A DNA stretch of 63,851 nucleotides, the filler included, from Choristocarpus tenellus KU-1152 (Eukaryota; Protista; Phaeophyceae): NCBI GenBank assembly GCA_964200185.2. It is 12 parts of 12 records of this genome, joined end to end, with 100 filler letters (N's around TTAATTAATTAA, not from the genome) between each part and the next. Parts side by side here need not be neighbours in the genome. Positions count along the whole stretch, not along the records: positions 23,259 to 26,465 come from CAXNAD020021545.1; positions 26,566 to 40,432 come from CAXNAD020001340.1; 10 more parts are not named here. One strand, 5' to 3'. The position numbers were made by a program, and so were the translations under genes. Shown here piece by piece: positions 26,201-37,500 of this stretch; position 1 is the stretch's first letter, and each line of letters opens with the position of its first letter. The notes beneath the pieces were generated by a model. That model ran no database searches and was not told the DNA's origin. It saw nothing but the letters and a program-made list of their open reading frames with translations.

Positions 26201-26465
26201 GCTCACTGCATCAGATGCTGCAGGAGGCTCTGCAAGAGATGAGCTGGAGTCCCCAAACTTGAAGCCTCCACTACCAATCCTGCCAGCGCTCCCATTACCT
26301 ACACCAAACGTGAAGCCACCAGCACCAATCGAACCACCAACACCAACACCATTGTTACCCCCTCCAATTCCCACCTTACCCTCCTCCCCTGCCTTCACTG
26401 TCTCACAAGACATGCACTTCAGAGCACTCTCAGGATTGGACACCAGACATACCTCACACTTCCAA
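23259..26465 (-). CDS. Nucleoporin-like protein fragment: RanBP2-type zinc finger, GFxFG repeats, EF-hand pair, start of another zinc finger; exons 26465-25996 and 23631-23259, both ends cut by gaps
   Basis: WKCEVCLVSNPESALKCMSCET (W-x-C-x2-C-x3-N-x6-C-x2-C); GGFTFG, GGFKFG, GGFRFG, AGFKFG; FDTLDTKQQGWIEEDDFENLM...GNLGRDEFVSWY; ends ...AGGWK. The donor CAAG|GTGAA and acceptor TTTTCCCAG|AT are phase-compatible. Confidence 0.8.
23669..23840 (+). mobile_element. MITE family B copy (intronic); truncated copies at 9590-9642, 38516-38600, 40376-40432, 43280-43305, 53286-53310, 57524-57582, 60767-60837
   Basis: Shared TIR (G/A)(G/A)C(T/C)CAAAGTATCTGGG-polyG and interior GTCCATTTGGG...CCAGGAAAG. Confidence 0.75.
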
Positions 26466-26565
26466 NNNNNNNNNNNNNNNNNNNNNNNNNNNNNNNNNNN
26501 NNNNNNNNNTTAATTAATTAANNNNNNNNNNNNNNNNNNNNNNNNNNNNNNNNNNNNNNNNNNNN

Positions 26566-26904
26566 TACAATCTGCTTCATGCTGAGGAGGTCTCTCCCAC
26601 TGGAACTCCATTAGGGGGAAGGGCAGAGGGAAAGGTTGGCTGGCAAAACCTCCGGTGGAAGACAAAAGGAAAAGGGTCTGCTGTGACTGACCTGGCAATG
26701 GAATCTGTTGGTGAAGGTTCAACTTCTCTGGTTGATGGAGGGGGGGGAGATGAAGATGGAAGCAGCAAGGTTGACAGAGATGTTGAGTGGGGTGGGTATG
26801 GGAATTGGCTCGTGACATTGCAAGCAATGCAGATGAAGACCTTCAGACTTGTAGTGATCCCTCAAGATGCTGTGGGGGTGGACCTCCAGGAGGACGTGGG
26901 GTAG
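26566..26904 (+). CDS. GH38 alpha-mannosidase, C-terminal exon (5' truncated by gap)
   Basis: Open frame from the contig start: ...AEEVS...WQNLRWKT...LVTLQAMQMKTFRLVV...*; resembles the lysosomal-type GH38 C-terminus (RLxWK...VTLxPMEIRTF). Confidence 0.6.
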   Translation, partial: YNLLHAEEVSPTGTPLGGRAEGKVGWQNLRWKTKGKGSAVTDLAMESVGEGSTSLVDGGGGDEDGSSKVDRDVEWGGYGNWLVTLQAMQMKTFRLVVIPQDAVGVDLQEDVG

Positions 26905-28949
26905 ATGATGTATTCATAGAAGTGGGGTGAGGAGGTCAGAAAGGTTTTTGGGACTATTAGTGTATGAAGGCATTTATGTTTGGTTGTGTTGGAGGGGATG
27001 GGAATGATTGCTGTTAGAGCTAGCTGTATGGTGTATGTGTTTCTTTGTATGAACATCGTTTGTGGATGCATGATGTTTGGTAAGAGTGTTTTTGAGTTTG
27101 ACAGGGTTCACACCTAGGTAGTGGAGATAATCATGCTTGTAGAGGGTATTTGCATACTACTCAGGATAGTTTTTACTTGATACTTGATGACTAACCCCCT
27201 TTGATAATTATGTTTATGCTGCTCAAGATGAAATGGCAACAGGTTGTCTCCCACGTACAGCTTGGTGGCCCTGTTTCTTTATTGAGGTTCTTATTGATAT
27301 TTTAGATAGAAGTATGACATCGATATTTGTATAGTATCCTATTTTTTTTTCATATACCCATTATTTAGCTATTAGTGATACCATAGTGCAACAATTGTCA
27401 ATAAGATAAGACACCTCCCTAACATATGTAATATGTAAGAACTAACAATACAACAATGTCCAATCGGAAATTGTTCACTACAAAGAAATGTGTACATTAC
27501 TGCTATGCATCTAACCTAGCTTACCACCACGAAGGTGGGCGAGGAACTAGGGCAGGATCCCAAGAATCTGTCCAGTCCCTTCTTCCCCACCTGTCCAATT
27601 CTCTAGCTTGAAACGCTTGACACATCTCGAGGGACCTACTTGAGCAATAATGGACACCATCTGTCTTAAACAAGACTTTGACAGCCCCTTCCTGTGATAC
27701 CCCCCCAGGCCCTCTAAAATATATATTGAATTGATGGAGTGAAGATTGGCATAGCTATGAAAGAAACCAACAACTAGTATATTAGGTACTGAATATATGA
27801 CGTTAGTGGTGTATGTGTATATTGGAGGTATACCTTGTAACACTGTACCGATCGATCACTTCCCCTGTATCTCCTTAGCAGTAATCTCCGATTTATCCTC
27901 AAAATCGACGTGCCACCGATTTTTTAGCTACATCTACTTTGGGTGGTCATAAAAATATTTTAGAAGGGTGGGCAATATGGAACAGCACATATCATTTTCA
28001 GAAAAAGATGTGTGTGTCACCTTGACTCATTCATATGGTCGGGGTGAAATTTTTAGCCACTTACGACATCGTACAGTTAGCGAGAAACACAATTAATTTT
28101 TTTGTCTGATCTTCTTAAACCAATCGTCAGAGGCAAATATAAAAAGGGGAAAAATAATATTGATTTAGATCAAGAACATATATGTGGAATGCATCTGAAA
28201 AAAGAAGGAACTCAAATAGGATAAGAGATTACGAATCCAAATCATTCATACATATTATTACTATGTCCTCTTGAGAACTTCTAGGTGTGTCAGGGAAAAA
28301 GCAAAACTATGCTACAAGGACTACTGTAAATACAACAATTGGTGTTGTTAATGCCAACTTGCCTTTTAATTGAACAGTGATGTTTAGTTGGATATATGGA
28401 ATACACGTGAACTTGAATAAATTGAAGAGATTTACTTAAACAGGGAAAAATACTCCAGAGTATAAAGTATCTAGTCATTCATATATCCAAACAGGTATCA
28501 CTATTCCTCCACCCGTACATACATTTCAAATAGGTTTCACTTTGGTCAGTGGTACTGTATGGCTAAGAAAAAACTGTTGACAATATGTATGAAATTCACT
28601 GTACCATTAGAGGGTTAATGTGGAGCATTTTACCCATCCGTCAACCTCTGAATTTCAATCAGCAGGAATCCTGAGTTTTCCAGATTAATGAGCTGCGTCT
28701 AGGATATGCTTCTATTTAATACCTTGACCCATACAGCATAGTAAGAGTCACATGCCCAAAGAGCGGTATCTATCTACCCACAGTCACACATCAAAACACC
28801 AAGTCCAGTCCCACGCGTCCATCAACTACACACGCAAACATGCATAGATGTATACTCCGGAGTATATATACTAGTCATATATTCCACCACCATAGGAAAC
28901 AAGAACCCACTCTGCAATATTGCCTAGTAGTATTATCTGTATCGTCCAT

Positions 28950-29560
28950 AGCGACCCACCATCGCTACGTTGGGTATATCTCCACATGTTAGACATTGTC
29001 TAACTCATTGCTTGTGTTTCACAAATTATTACATCATAAATATGTACAAATATTTGTATACTTGGCATCAAGGTTGGTGTGATAAAGATGTACAGACCAT
29101 TCCCTTTTCAACTTTTAAAAAATTACCCTCATGTATATATATATGGACGCTCAGTCCTAGCATATCACATATTTGTACCACTCCCCCCCCAACTATGAAA
29201 GGCGTACATATATTTCTCTGTACCACACTGTGTGTACACTGCTATCTACAAAACAAGTACAAATGGTTTCCTGGTACGAATGTGTTGACTTAATTTCCTC
29301 CACAATGACCTGTGCTTGTGAGCACAAGTTTTACAAATCGTTGATTCCTCAAAATCTCATCATTAGGTTGTCGGAATACTTGTCTCACACCATTGCAAGA
29401 TACATGAATAAGTACATATGGTTGGGATCCACAGTGAAGGAATCAACTCCTAAATCTTTGACCTATGAACTTGCATAACTCAGATTTACGACAGGAACGG
29501 CCATTGACTTGATGGAAATGGATTTGTACACCACAAATCAGATTTGACATATGCGACATG
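28950..29560 (-). pseudogene. Second degenerate copy of the unidentified coding family (see 13990-14420)
   Basis: 29473-29529 aligns without gaps to 14339-14395; translated similarity continues on the minus strand. Confidence 0.55.
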
Positions 29561-30474
29561 TGTACCCTTCTGTGTAGCACCTTACCTCAATTTTATTTTT
29601 TCCTTGGCAAAAGATTACATCTCAACTATAATTGTTGAACACAAGTATAATATAGTGGCAATTGCAAGGAGTGTGCTTGAGTACACTCCCTCAAGATCAA
29701 GGGACATGCAATTGAGTATACGATGGATCCCCACTCAGTCGTATGAACCAAGGTACTAATGAATCCCTCTCTAGAGTAGTGGGGCAAGGAAGGATACGTC
29801 TACTGATGATGACTGTGAAATAATGGTGCGACATAATGGTAAGTTGCGGGCAGTGACCATTATGTATTCGCCCGGAGGTAGAGGTCAGAAGAGTATGATT
29901 GAATCGAACATGTTGGATACACTCGGTGTTCTCTGAATACAACACATGGCAGAAGCATGCAGAAGTGTGTGCCATATGAAGTATTGTCACGAGTACATGA
30001 CATATGTAGTACAGAACAAGCAGCACAGGAAACACAACAAAATAGACTTGTGATGGTGGCACACGCATATACCTCAAGAAATATTAGTGTGCCGCAAGTA
30101 TTTCCAAACAAAAGATAGTCATACTTCTTGCAGTTTCAACTGGGACACCCACCAAGAGAGCATGAATTGAGTACCTCAACTGTTGTGCAGGATCAAAACT
30201 TGTGCGGCGAACTGAAGTATTTCCGGTATTACACTGGCATGCTCAGAGGCATCCACCAAAATAACTGCTGCATCCCACAAATTGATCTCTCATAGGGAAC
30301 ATTTCATGTTTCATGTGCTGGGCTGCATTTATTGAGCTATTATACTACGCGATTTCAGCAAATCAATGCCACCATGCAGTCAAATCAAGGAAAACAGATG
30401 TCATACACAATATGGGAATTGTACCTCCCACTCCTCATCCATAACAACAATCTGTCCAGTCATTATCCTCCTCC

Positions 30475-32040
30475 TCAAGCAAGTACAGGGTTGTCATCAA
30501 AAATGACCGCATAACACACAGGACACTGGTTATCGGTAGACCGAGCAGCCTGGGCACAAGAAGAGCAGACCACATGGTGACACGGAGTGAGCTGCCGTGT
30601 TCGCTCAGGTTCTCGGCATGCTGCACACTGGGAGCCCCCTAATACTGATGCCTGCCTCACAAGTGCCATTGGTGATAGGCTTCCTCCACTGCCATCATAA
30701 TCTCCAGGGCTCTTCTTGTACTGAGTGAGGCCTATTGCCTCCTGATCTACGTCCAATCGTGCAATGGAGTGATGCAGTGGGTTTAAAGGTGGTGAAATAA
30801 TCACACAATAAACAGGGTGTATGGACTAACATGGGAAACATTGGAGGAACACCATGATCAACGAGTGCTCTGGAAAGGCTGTTGCAAGGCTAGCTCTACA
30901 GGTTTTCAGTTTTGCGGGCAGGGCTATGAAGAGGGACAGGGATAAAACCACAATATCGTTGCTAACCACCAAAAACGTGGAGCTTGGAATATCTTACGGT
31001 ATGTTACCCATGTATGAAGAAATCTCAAACTCACAAAAGCCAATGTGATAGAACCTTTGTGCAATATTTTCAACCAAACTATCAATTTTGTTGTTGTTTT
31101 CAAAACTAGCAATACAAAATAGATAAGGGCTTGTCTTAGGAGGGGTGCTTACATGAGGGTGGATAGACCTCCACAACAGCAGGAACTGCTGCGTCATGGT
31201 ATTGGCAAGCGAAATCTGAAGGAGCATGGGCCAAAGGGGCAGACCCCGCTGCCCATCTTTCTTGAGGGTGTGAACTGCAGTCTGTTGCAATTGCATTATT
31301 CAGAATTACCCCCCCTCTTGGTTGACCATTCATTCCTTCAAAGCAGTCGTTCATTATTGAGTGTTCTGGAGGGGCAGATGCGGCAACGTGCTTTGGAAAA
31401 TTTGCACCTTTTCCCAACCGACGCTCCCGGCGTACAGTGTTGATAAGGAGTCGAATATCTGTAGACACACAATCATCTCCTGGTGTGCAACCCCACCTTG
31501 TTTAAATTTGGTTTAGCGAGACAAAGACCGGTGGAGAGCTTGTGACAAAGTGCTTATTGGTGGTCGGTGTCACGAAGGTCAGACTTAATTGTGTTGTGAA
31601 ATTGACCTTGCTCTTGCGCATGGCTTCAACTCATCAAGAGCAAGTTGATGATTTTAAAGAAAAATTCACTTTTAATCAGATTTCATTTCGTATGCTTCAA
31701 GTAGTTTTGTTAGCAATAATGGTTGAGGCTTGTTATGGACAACTCACTTGTCTGGATTGCCATCAACTTGTGCCCTGTGCCTTAACAGAATCTCTGCGAT
31801 GTCACTCAGCCCTTTCCTCGCCGCCAAGTGAAGGGGAGTTCGTCCCTCCGGGCCTTCTAAGTTCGTCATAGCACCTGCCTCGCAGAGTGTTTGCACTACC
31901 TCCTTGTTGTTTTCATCCGTCGCTAGCCACAGGGGTGTGCGCCCTAGCTTGTCCTTGACGTTGGGGTCCGCCCCACCTTCCAAAAGCTCGCGGGTCACGG
32001 CCAAGTGCCCCCTAGAAATGGTGAACAACAACTCCTGCAT
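30475..32040 (-). CDS. Ankyrin-repeat plus C-terminal RING (C3HC4) protein, putative E3 ligase; exons 32040-31748, 31496-31153, 30746-30475; apparently complete
   Basis: GADPNVKDKLGRTPLWLA, GRTPLHLAARKG and DKWGCTP (across a junction); RING CAAC...PCHHVVCSSC...CPVC. Both introns are GT-AG and phase-compatible. Confidence 0.9.
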
Positions 32041-32549
32041 TGAAAGGGTGATACTTGGAGCATGTTCAGCATGACATACGTTGCTTACATCGAGCGCATA
32101 CGCGTTTGTGCTAGATGGACATTGGTAGAGATCAATGTCTTGCTTACCCTTGTGCGGAACAATGTAGCGGAGACATCCCGTCTGACCCGTTTATCGTGTT
32201 TGCCATCTTGTTGCCCTCACCCCACTCTAGGTAATTTCGAACCTTATCGAGCCTGCCTTTTCTAGCAGCATCATGAATACCCATTGGTCTTTGTGAATAG
32301 GGGACGGGTTATTGCATCGTCAACGCGTACACACGGATTGTATAGTACTGGAAGACGGATTGGCGGTAGATTGAGTGGTGCTCTACTCAAACAAGTAGAG
32401 CTCCACAGTAGTAGTAGTATAACAATAAAGTAGACTATAGGAAGTTCTTTGACATTTGTGACAGACACTTGCCTTCTTGCACCTCTGTGGAAATACTACT
32501 ATTGCATGCACTGGAAACTAATGGCGGTTACAAACAAGAAAATAAGAAT

Positions 32550-33200
32550 TCTACTAGAGGTAATATTACCTTCTTCGAACATTATTATGATTGCTCTACA
32601 GACACTTGTCGTGCACGCGTCCCCCAGAGTGGCAGACACTGCTGATATAATATTTTGCCTATCTTTGGGGTTAACAATACGTCCCGAGCACAACGGAGTC
32701 ACCCCACCCGATCTATTCTTCTGATCGTTCACAGTCTTGAAGTGTTGAAGCGTGAGAACTTTAGCGCCACAGAGAACAGTAATAGTGACGATGTGTACAC
32801 TCGCTTCAACGATATCCTCCCAAAGGACGAATCAGAGTGAGGGTAGCCACCAACGGGTTCCTCGCGAAGAGTCAGTCCGTAAGACATTTCAACACCAGGT
32901 ATCCGTCAAACACAACCCTAGAATAGATTAAACTGAGAGGAATTCCACAAAGGACTTCATCCCTCTATTGCTTAAGCGACGTTTCTTTAGTGACCATTTT
33001 AAAGTCTGAATGCACATCCTCACGGCAGTTCTTTTATCAGTAATTTTTAGCGAATACGATAAACCTACCTCATTCTCCAAAATATTGTTCGAAGTAGTGT
33101 TTTTGTGTGCGAGACAGACAGGTAGTTTCGTCCGCTCACTAAAGGCGTGTTCAACATGTTAAAAGGTGCAACTATTTCTTCAGAGAAGGAAAGATCAGAC
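32550..33200 (+). mobile_element. Possible degenerate hAT-like transposase C-terminus
   Basis: PTSFSKILFEVVFL...GSFVRS and, frameshifted, KGVFNMLK loosely resemble the hAT dimerization motif (PxLSKLA...SA.vERVFS); heavily decayed. Confidence 0.25.
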
Positions 33201-33941
33201 TCGGTTTAACTAGGTATTTTGTAACACTGAATTGTATTTTATCGTGAGCCTACATGGCGTGGAGTGTGCACAGACAGATGTAACGAACGTAGCACTTTGA
33301 GAAATAAAGGTTGTGAGAGAATCACCTTTATTGGTATTGCTAGTTTTGGTAAGTTGGATGGGAAATGTTAAGTGAGGGAAAAATACCAGGAGTTTGCATG
33401 TTCAATTTTTCAAAAGAAGGGTGATGGTGTGGCTGACACCGAGACTGGAGAGGGTGCAGAGGGTGATGTGCTGCGCGAGATCCGTCTTGTTAATCTTGAA
33501 ACGTGCAGCAGGTCTTGTTCGTAGTAGGTCTTGTCCTTGTCATTGTTGTGTGTCCAGTCTTATTCTGCGGCTGGGATAGTAGCAGTGCAAAGGATGAAGA
33601 CTTTAAGCTCCCCATTTCCTGTGTGAGTGGTGGGCATGCATGACAGGTAGTCACAGGGGGTGCGAGCTAAATCGTTCGAGGAATGGTATTTTCAAAAATA
33701 TATTAGATGGCCTTTGATGAAAAAGGCATATTATGAGTAGTTTACGAAACAATTGATATCCTAAGAGAAATTCTTAACTGTGATGTTGTGATGCAAGAGA
33801 ATAGGAACAATATAAGTATATACGATGATGTGTACTTGATTACCAGTATGTCTTCATTAACTGATATCGTCACTACCCCATGCAGACATCAATGGAAACA
33901 TAAATGCCAAGTTGCATAAGAGCAAATTGGGTAAAGAATGA

Positions 33942-34202
33942 AAGCGAAAGTATCCTAGAGGGTCCGAGTTTTTCCCAGTTTGTCCATTTGGGACTTGTCT
34001 TCCCACGGGTTTTTAATGACATATTATCTACTCCCAAAAGTTTCGGAGTAGGTAAAATGTATACGTTATGAGAAAAGGTTTGTCCGGAACAAGGATATTG
34101 ACATCTCCTAACAAACATGATAGCCAAAATTACCTCAAAATTGCAAACATTGATTTTGACCCCCAAATGGACGTGTATCTACCCTCTAAGATACTTTGAC
34201 TC
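33942..34202 (+). mobile_element. MITE family A, full-length (261 bp)
   Basis: TIRs AAGCGAAAGTATCCTAGAGGGT...ACCCTCTAAGATACTTTGACTC; colinear with 42118-42378. Confidence 0.88.
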
Positions 34203-36204
34203 AATCTTAACTCTCAGGGACGAGATGAAATATAGGATGCGGAGTATGTTCGGTGTGCTCACAAATGTTCGTAATGACGTGATATTATGTATGCACGATG
34301 TGTGTGTGATAAGTGGAAAACTTCAGTGAGAATGTAGGAAGAGGAGACTGCCATGTGTCCCACCTGATACTAACGCCGGAATGGCACACCTTAGCATTGC
34401 ATCATACGATTTGAAGGTTTTGCGGTCCCCCACCTTGTCTGTAGATAAAATGAGGAGAGTGCACAAGTCACACATTTTGGTAGAAGTGCCCAGTTGACAA
34501 CCAAGGAAGGAGATTTTTTCCATAATTCTATGATCTCATTGAGTCTCCCCTGCACTTGAGCGTCCAGGTCCTTGCCGACAAACTATGTTTTGCCTATGTA
34601 CTTGGCCACTCACACACACTTGATAATGGATGCATCACCCTCTTTGCTGACGCCTGAAGGGCACGTGCCTGCAATAATACATCCGTTCCCGCGATGCGAC
34701 AAAATTATGTAAGTGATGGAACCATGACCTACCAATGTGCCTGTGAAAAAAAAGGGATGGTCTTCAACAAATTTCACCTCTATAGTATGACTGTAAGACA
34801 CATCTGTTGGATGACTAAAGTATCGAGGGGAGGGGGTGTTGATGCAGTGGTCATGCCATTGTATAGCAGTATAAATAACCTAATCTCCAGTTCTCCAACA
34901 AACGTTGTCGCAGGAACTAGTGTTACGCTTATGTGGTGTGTGCCGGTACAAGCGTATTATACAGTGTGACAGTTTCATGTGCGTCTATGTATTTTTCGGT
35001 ACAACATATAGTAGAGCCCTACGTTGTGGTATGATGAGTCAGTTTGCTAACTGCATCAGTGGTACAATGACACAGGTGTCACCACAGAATCTAATCGATG
35101 TTCAGTGTGCTTGTTTACCCGAGATATCGAGCAACAAATCTTGACGATGAGCCTTTGTTCACGAAGCTTTTGCAACAAATGTATCTCACTGGTCAGAGTA
35201 TTATATAGTGATTCTTGACTGGACAGGAAGCGCCAATATTTCCCCCTACCAAAGATAGATATACCTGACACCTGACATACTGACTGCTGGGGTATTCCAG
35301 ACTATGCTTTTCAGTTCAGATGTGTACATTAGAGCAAACAATTCATATATAAAGTTTACGCGAGCGTCATCTATGTTGATTGACGTCAGATAGTTCAGAA
35401 GTCTTCACGAGGATGTACTTCCAAACTGAAATCCTACTCAGGAGAAAGACAAGGACATGTGACACACAGGTTACCCACTTGTTTTCTCTCCTGTCACACT
35501 CGTTTTCTTTGGATTTTAATCAAAATAATACACGGCTACAGGGTCATATCTGTTCCCAAGGTGCCCAAATTTTCTATTGTAAAGGTGTTGATTCAAAACT
35601 AGGGGAATCAAATCCTTCGTATAGGGTGCACTATTGCGCCTCGGCTACCTCATTAGCACAACCATTGCTGGTGGATGAGTTGCCCAGGTGGCAAGCTGCC
35701 TGAACCTCTGTGAAAAATGGCATGTAGAAGTAGGCCCTTGTTGTGATATGGCGCAAGACCAGTCTCCGATAAAGCTCCACCATGGAACACCACATCCATG
35801 TACGAAAATCACATAGATCTATATTTGAAGCAATGTAAATATTATCCTTCGAAGTTCTGAACTAAAAATATATATATAGTATCATAATGCAAGTACTTGG
35901 TAATCTTGTTATCCATGCGATAATTTGGATGAGGTTGTCTTCAATTGCTTCAAGTCTCACCACTCTGTGCAATGTGTAAATATCGCACGTTTAATTTGTG
36001 GCTCAGTCGATGCATATACTTGTGGAAATATGAGGAAAATGCATCTGCAGACACTCTTCTCATGTTGCTCCCTCCTTCACTCGTTGTGCAAAGTGTGTGG
36101 ATGAGCATAATTATATGTCATTAAAACTACGATAGAGAGAATAAAATCGTTGGCTCTAGTGAGTTCGTGTTGGTTCTCTACACACGAATTTGTGTGATTT
36201 TGTG

Positions 36205-36445
36205 AGTTACAGTGTTTAGGAGGGTACATCCACGTCCGTTAGGGGTCATAAATTCAATGTTCCGATTTTGATTAATTTTGGTTGCGTTTATTTAGCAAGA
36301 GTTAATATCCTTGCCCCGGACACAACTTTCATTGTCGTATACACTTTAGATAACTGTGTTTACACAGAAAACCGAAAAAGGGCATAAAAAAGTCGTGGGA
36401 AGCCAAGCCCCGAACGGACTCCCACCCTCTTAAATGCTTTGGCTT
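36205..36445 (-). mobile_element. MITE family A, old diverged copy
   Basis: GAGGGTACATCCACGTCC...AATATCCTTG..CCGGACAC...GTGGGAAGCCAAGCCCC match the family in reverse orientation. Confidence 0.65.
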
Positions 36446-37031
36446 TGTGTAGTACTTTACACGTGGCAAAATAAAGTAAGATTTCGATGATAAGGTATAT
36501 TCCAGAAAGTTCCCAGATCTCCAGTGGAATGATACTGTTTTTAGACTTTGATAGTGTAAGGATAGAGGTTTAGGAAAAATTATAGATGTCTGCAGTACAG
36601 TGTTATCCCAGACGTTTACATGATCACTTACAATTTCAACCTGGCTTGGAGTTCCAATTGAAGGGACTGTTGTGATTGTGGTTTGCCAACAACCCCAAAA
36701 TGGATGAATAATATAAGACGTATGAATCCAATGATTCTGTGGTGGTATGGTTCACTCAGCCAAGGGTGGTGAGCAGAATCACCAGGCAAAACAGATCAGA
36801 AGGACCAAGACGAACCGTAACAAGAGGACAAGATTAAAGTTGGACAGGTACAAGACTGCAAGGACTTGAAGGAAATTGTGGAGTGATGAGAATCTTATGA
36901 GAGGGGGATCATCACAAACGTCAAGACATGTCAACAAAGAAAATATTTAATGCGTGAAATATCTGTTTGAAGAGAAGTCCACTACTTCTGGGATTGGTCT
37001 CTTGAAAGATTCCACACCTCAATTACTCATC

Positions 37032-37500
37032 AGTAAATTAATTATAGAGAGGTATCTTCCGCATTTTACAACTGTTACTTTTGCAGGGGTTCTTATTATA
37101 TTGAGTTGACTTTTCCCCAGACAAATCTGCAAAATGTCGGATGGCAGAGAAACATATTTTTTATATTGTTATGACCTCCAACATTTTGTAGATGTGTCAG
37201 GGGAAAAGCCAATGAAAAGGCAGCTCAATATCATTAAAACCCCTGTAAAAATAACATTTATCGTAAATGTGAAAGATTTCTTTCTATTATCTATGTACTA
37301 TTTGACTACCAGCTATGCTACACCTCTCCCTTCCTATGTATTGTTATGCCCTAGGACATTTTCCAGGGGAAAAGTCAATGAAAAGGCAGTTTAATATCAT
37401 CAGAACCCCTGTAAAAGTAACAGTTATCGTAAATGTGAAAGGTTTCTTTCTATAATCTATCTACTATTTGACTACCAGCTATGCTACACCTCTCCCCTCC
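37032..37500. repeat. Fold-back inverted repeat (arms ~37032-37141 and ~37178-37299) followed by a tandem copy of the right arm (~37365-37500)
   Basis: CTTTTCCCCAGACAAATCTGCAAAATGTCGG pairs with CCAACATTTTGTAGATGTGTCAGGGGAAAAG, and TTTTGCAGGGGTT pairs with AACCCCTGTAAAA; the right arm recurs about 168 bp later. Confidence 0.8.

Noticed and set aside
26040-26465. Pro-rich plus-strand ORF (also 22648-23040, 31542-31871, 55217-55702)
   Set aside because: Antisense shadows of real exons on the opposite strand.
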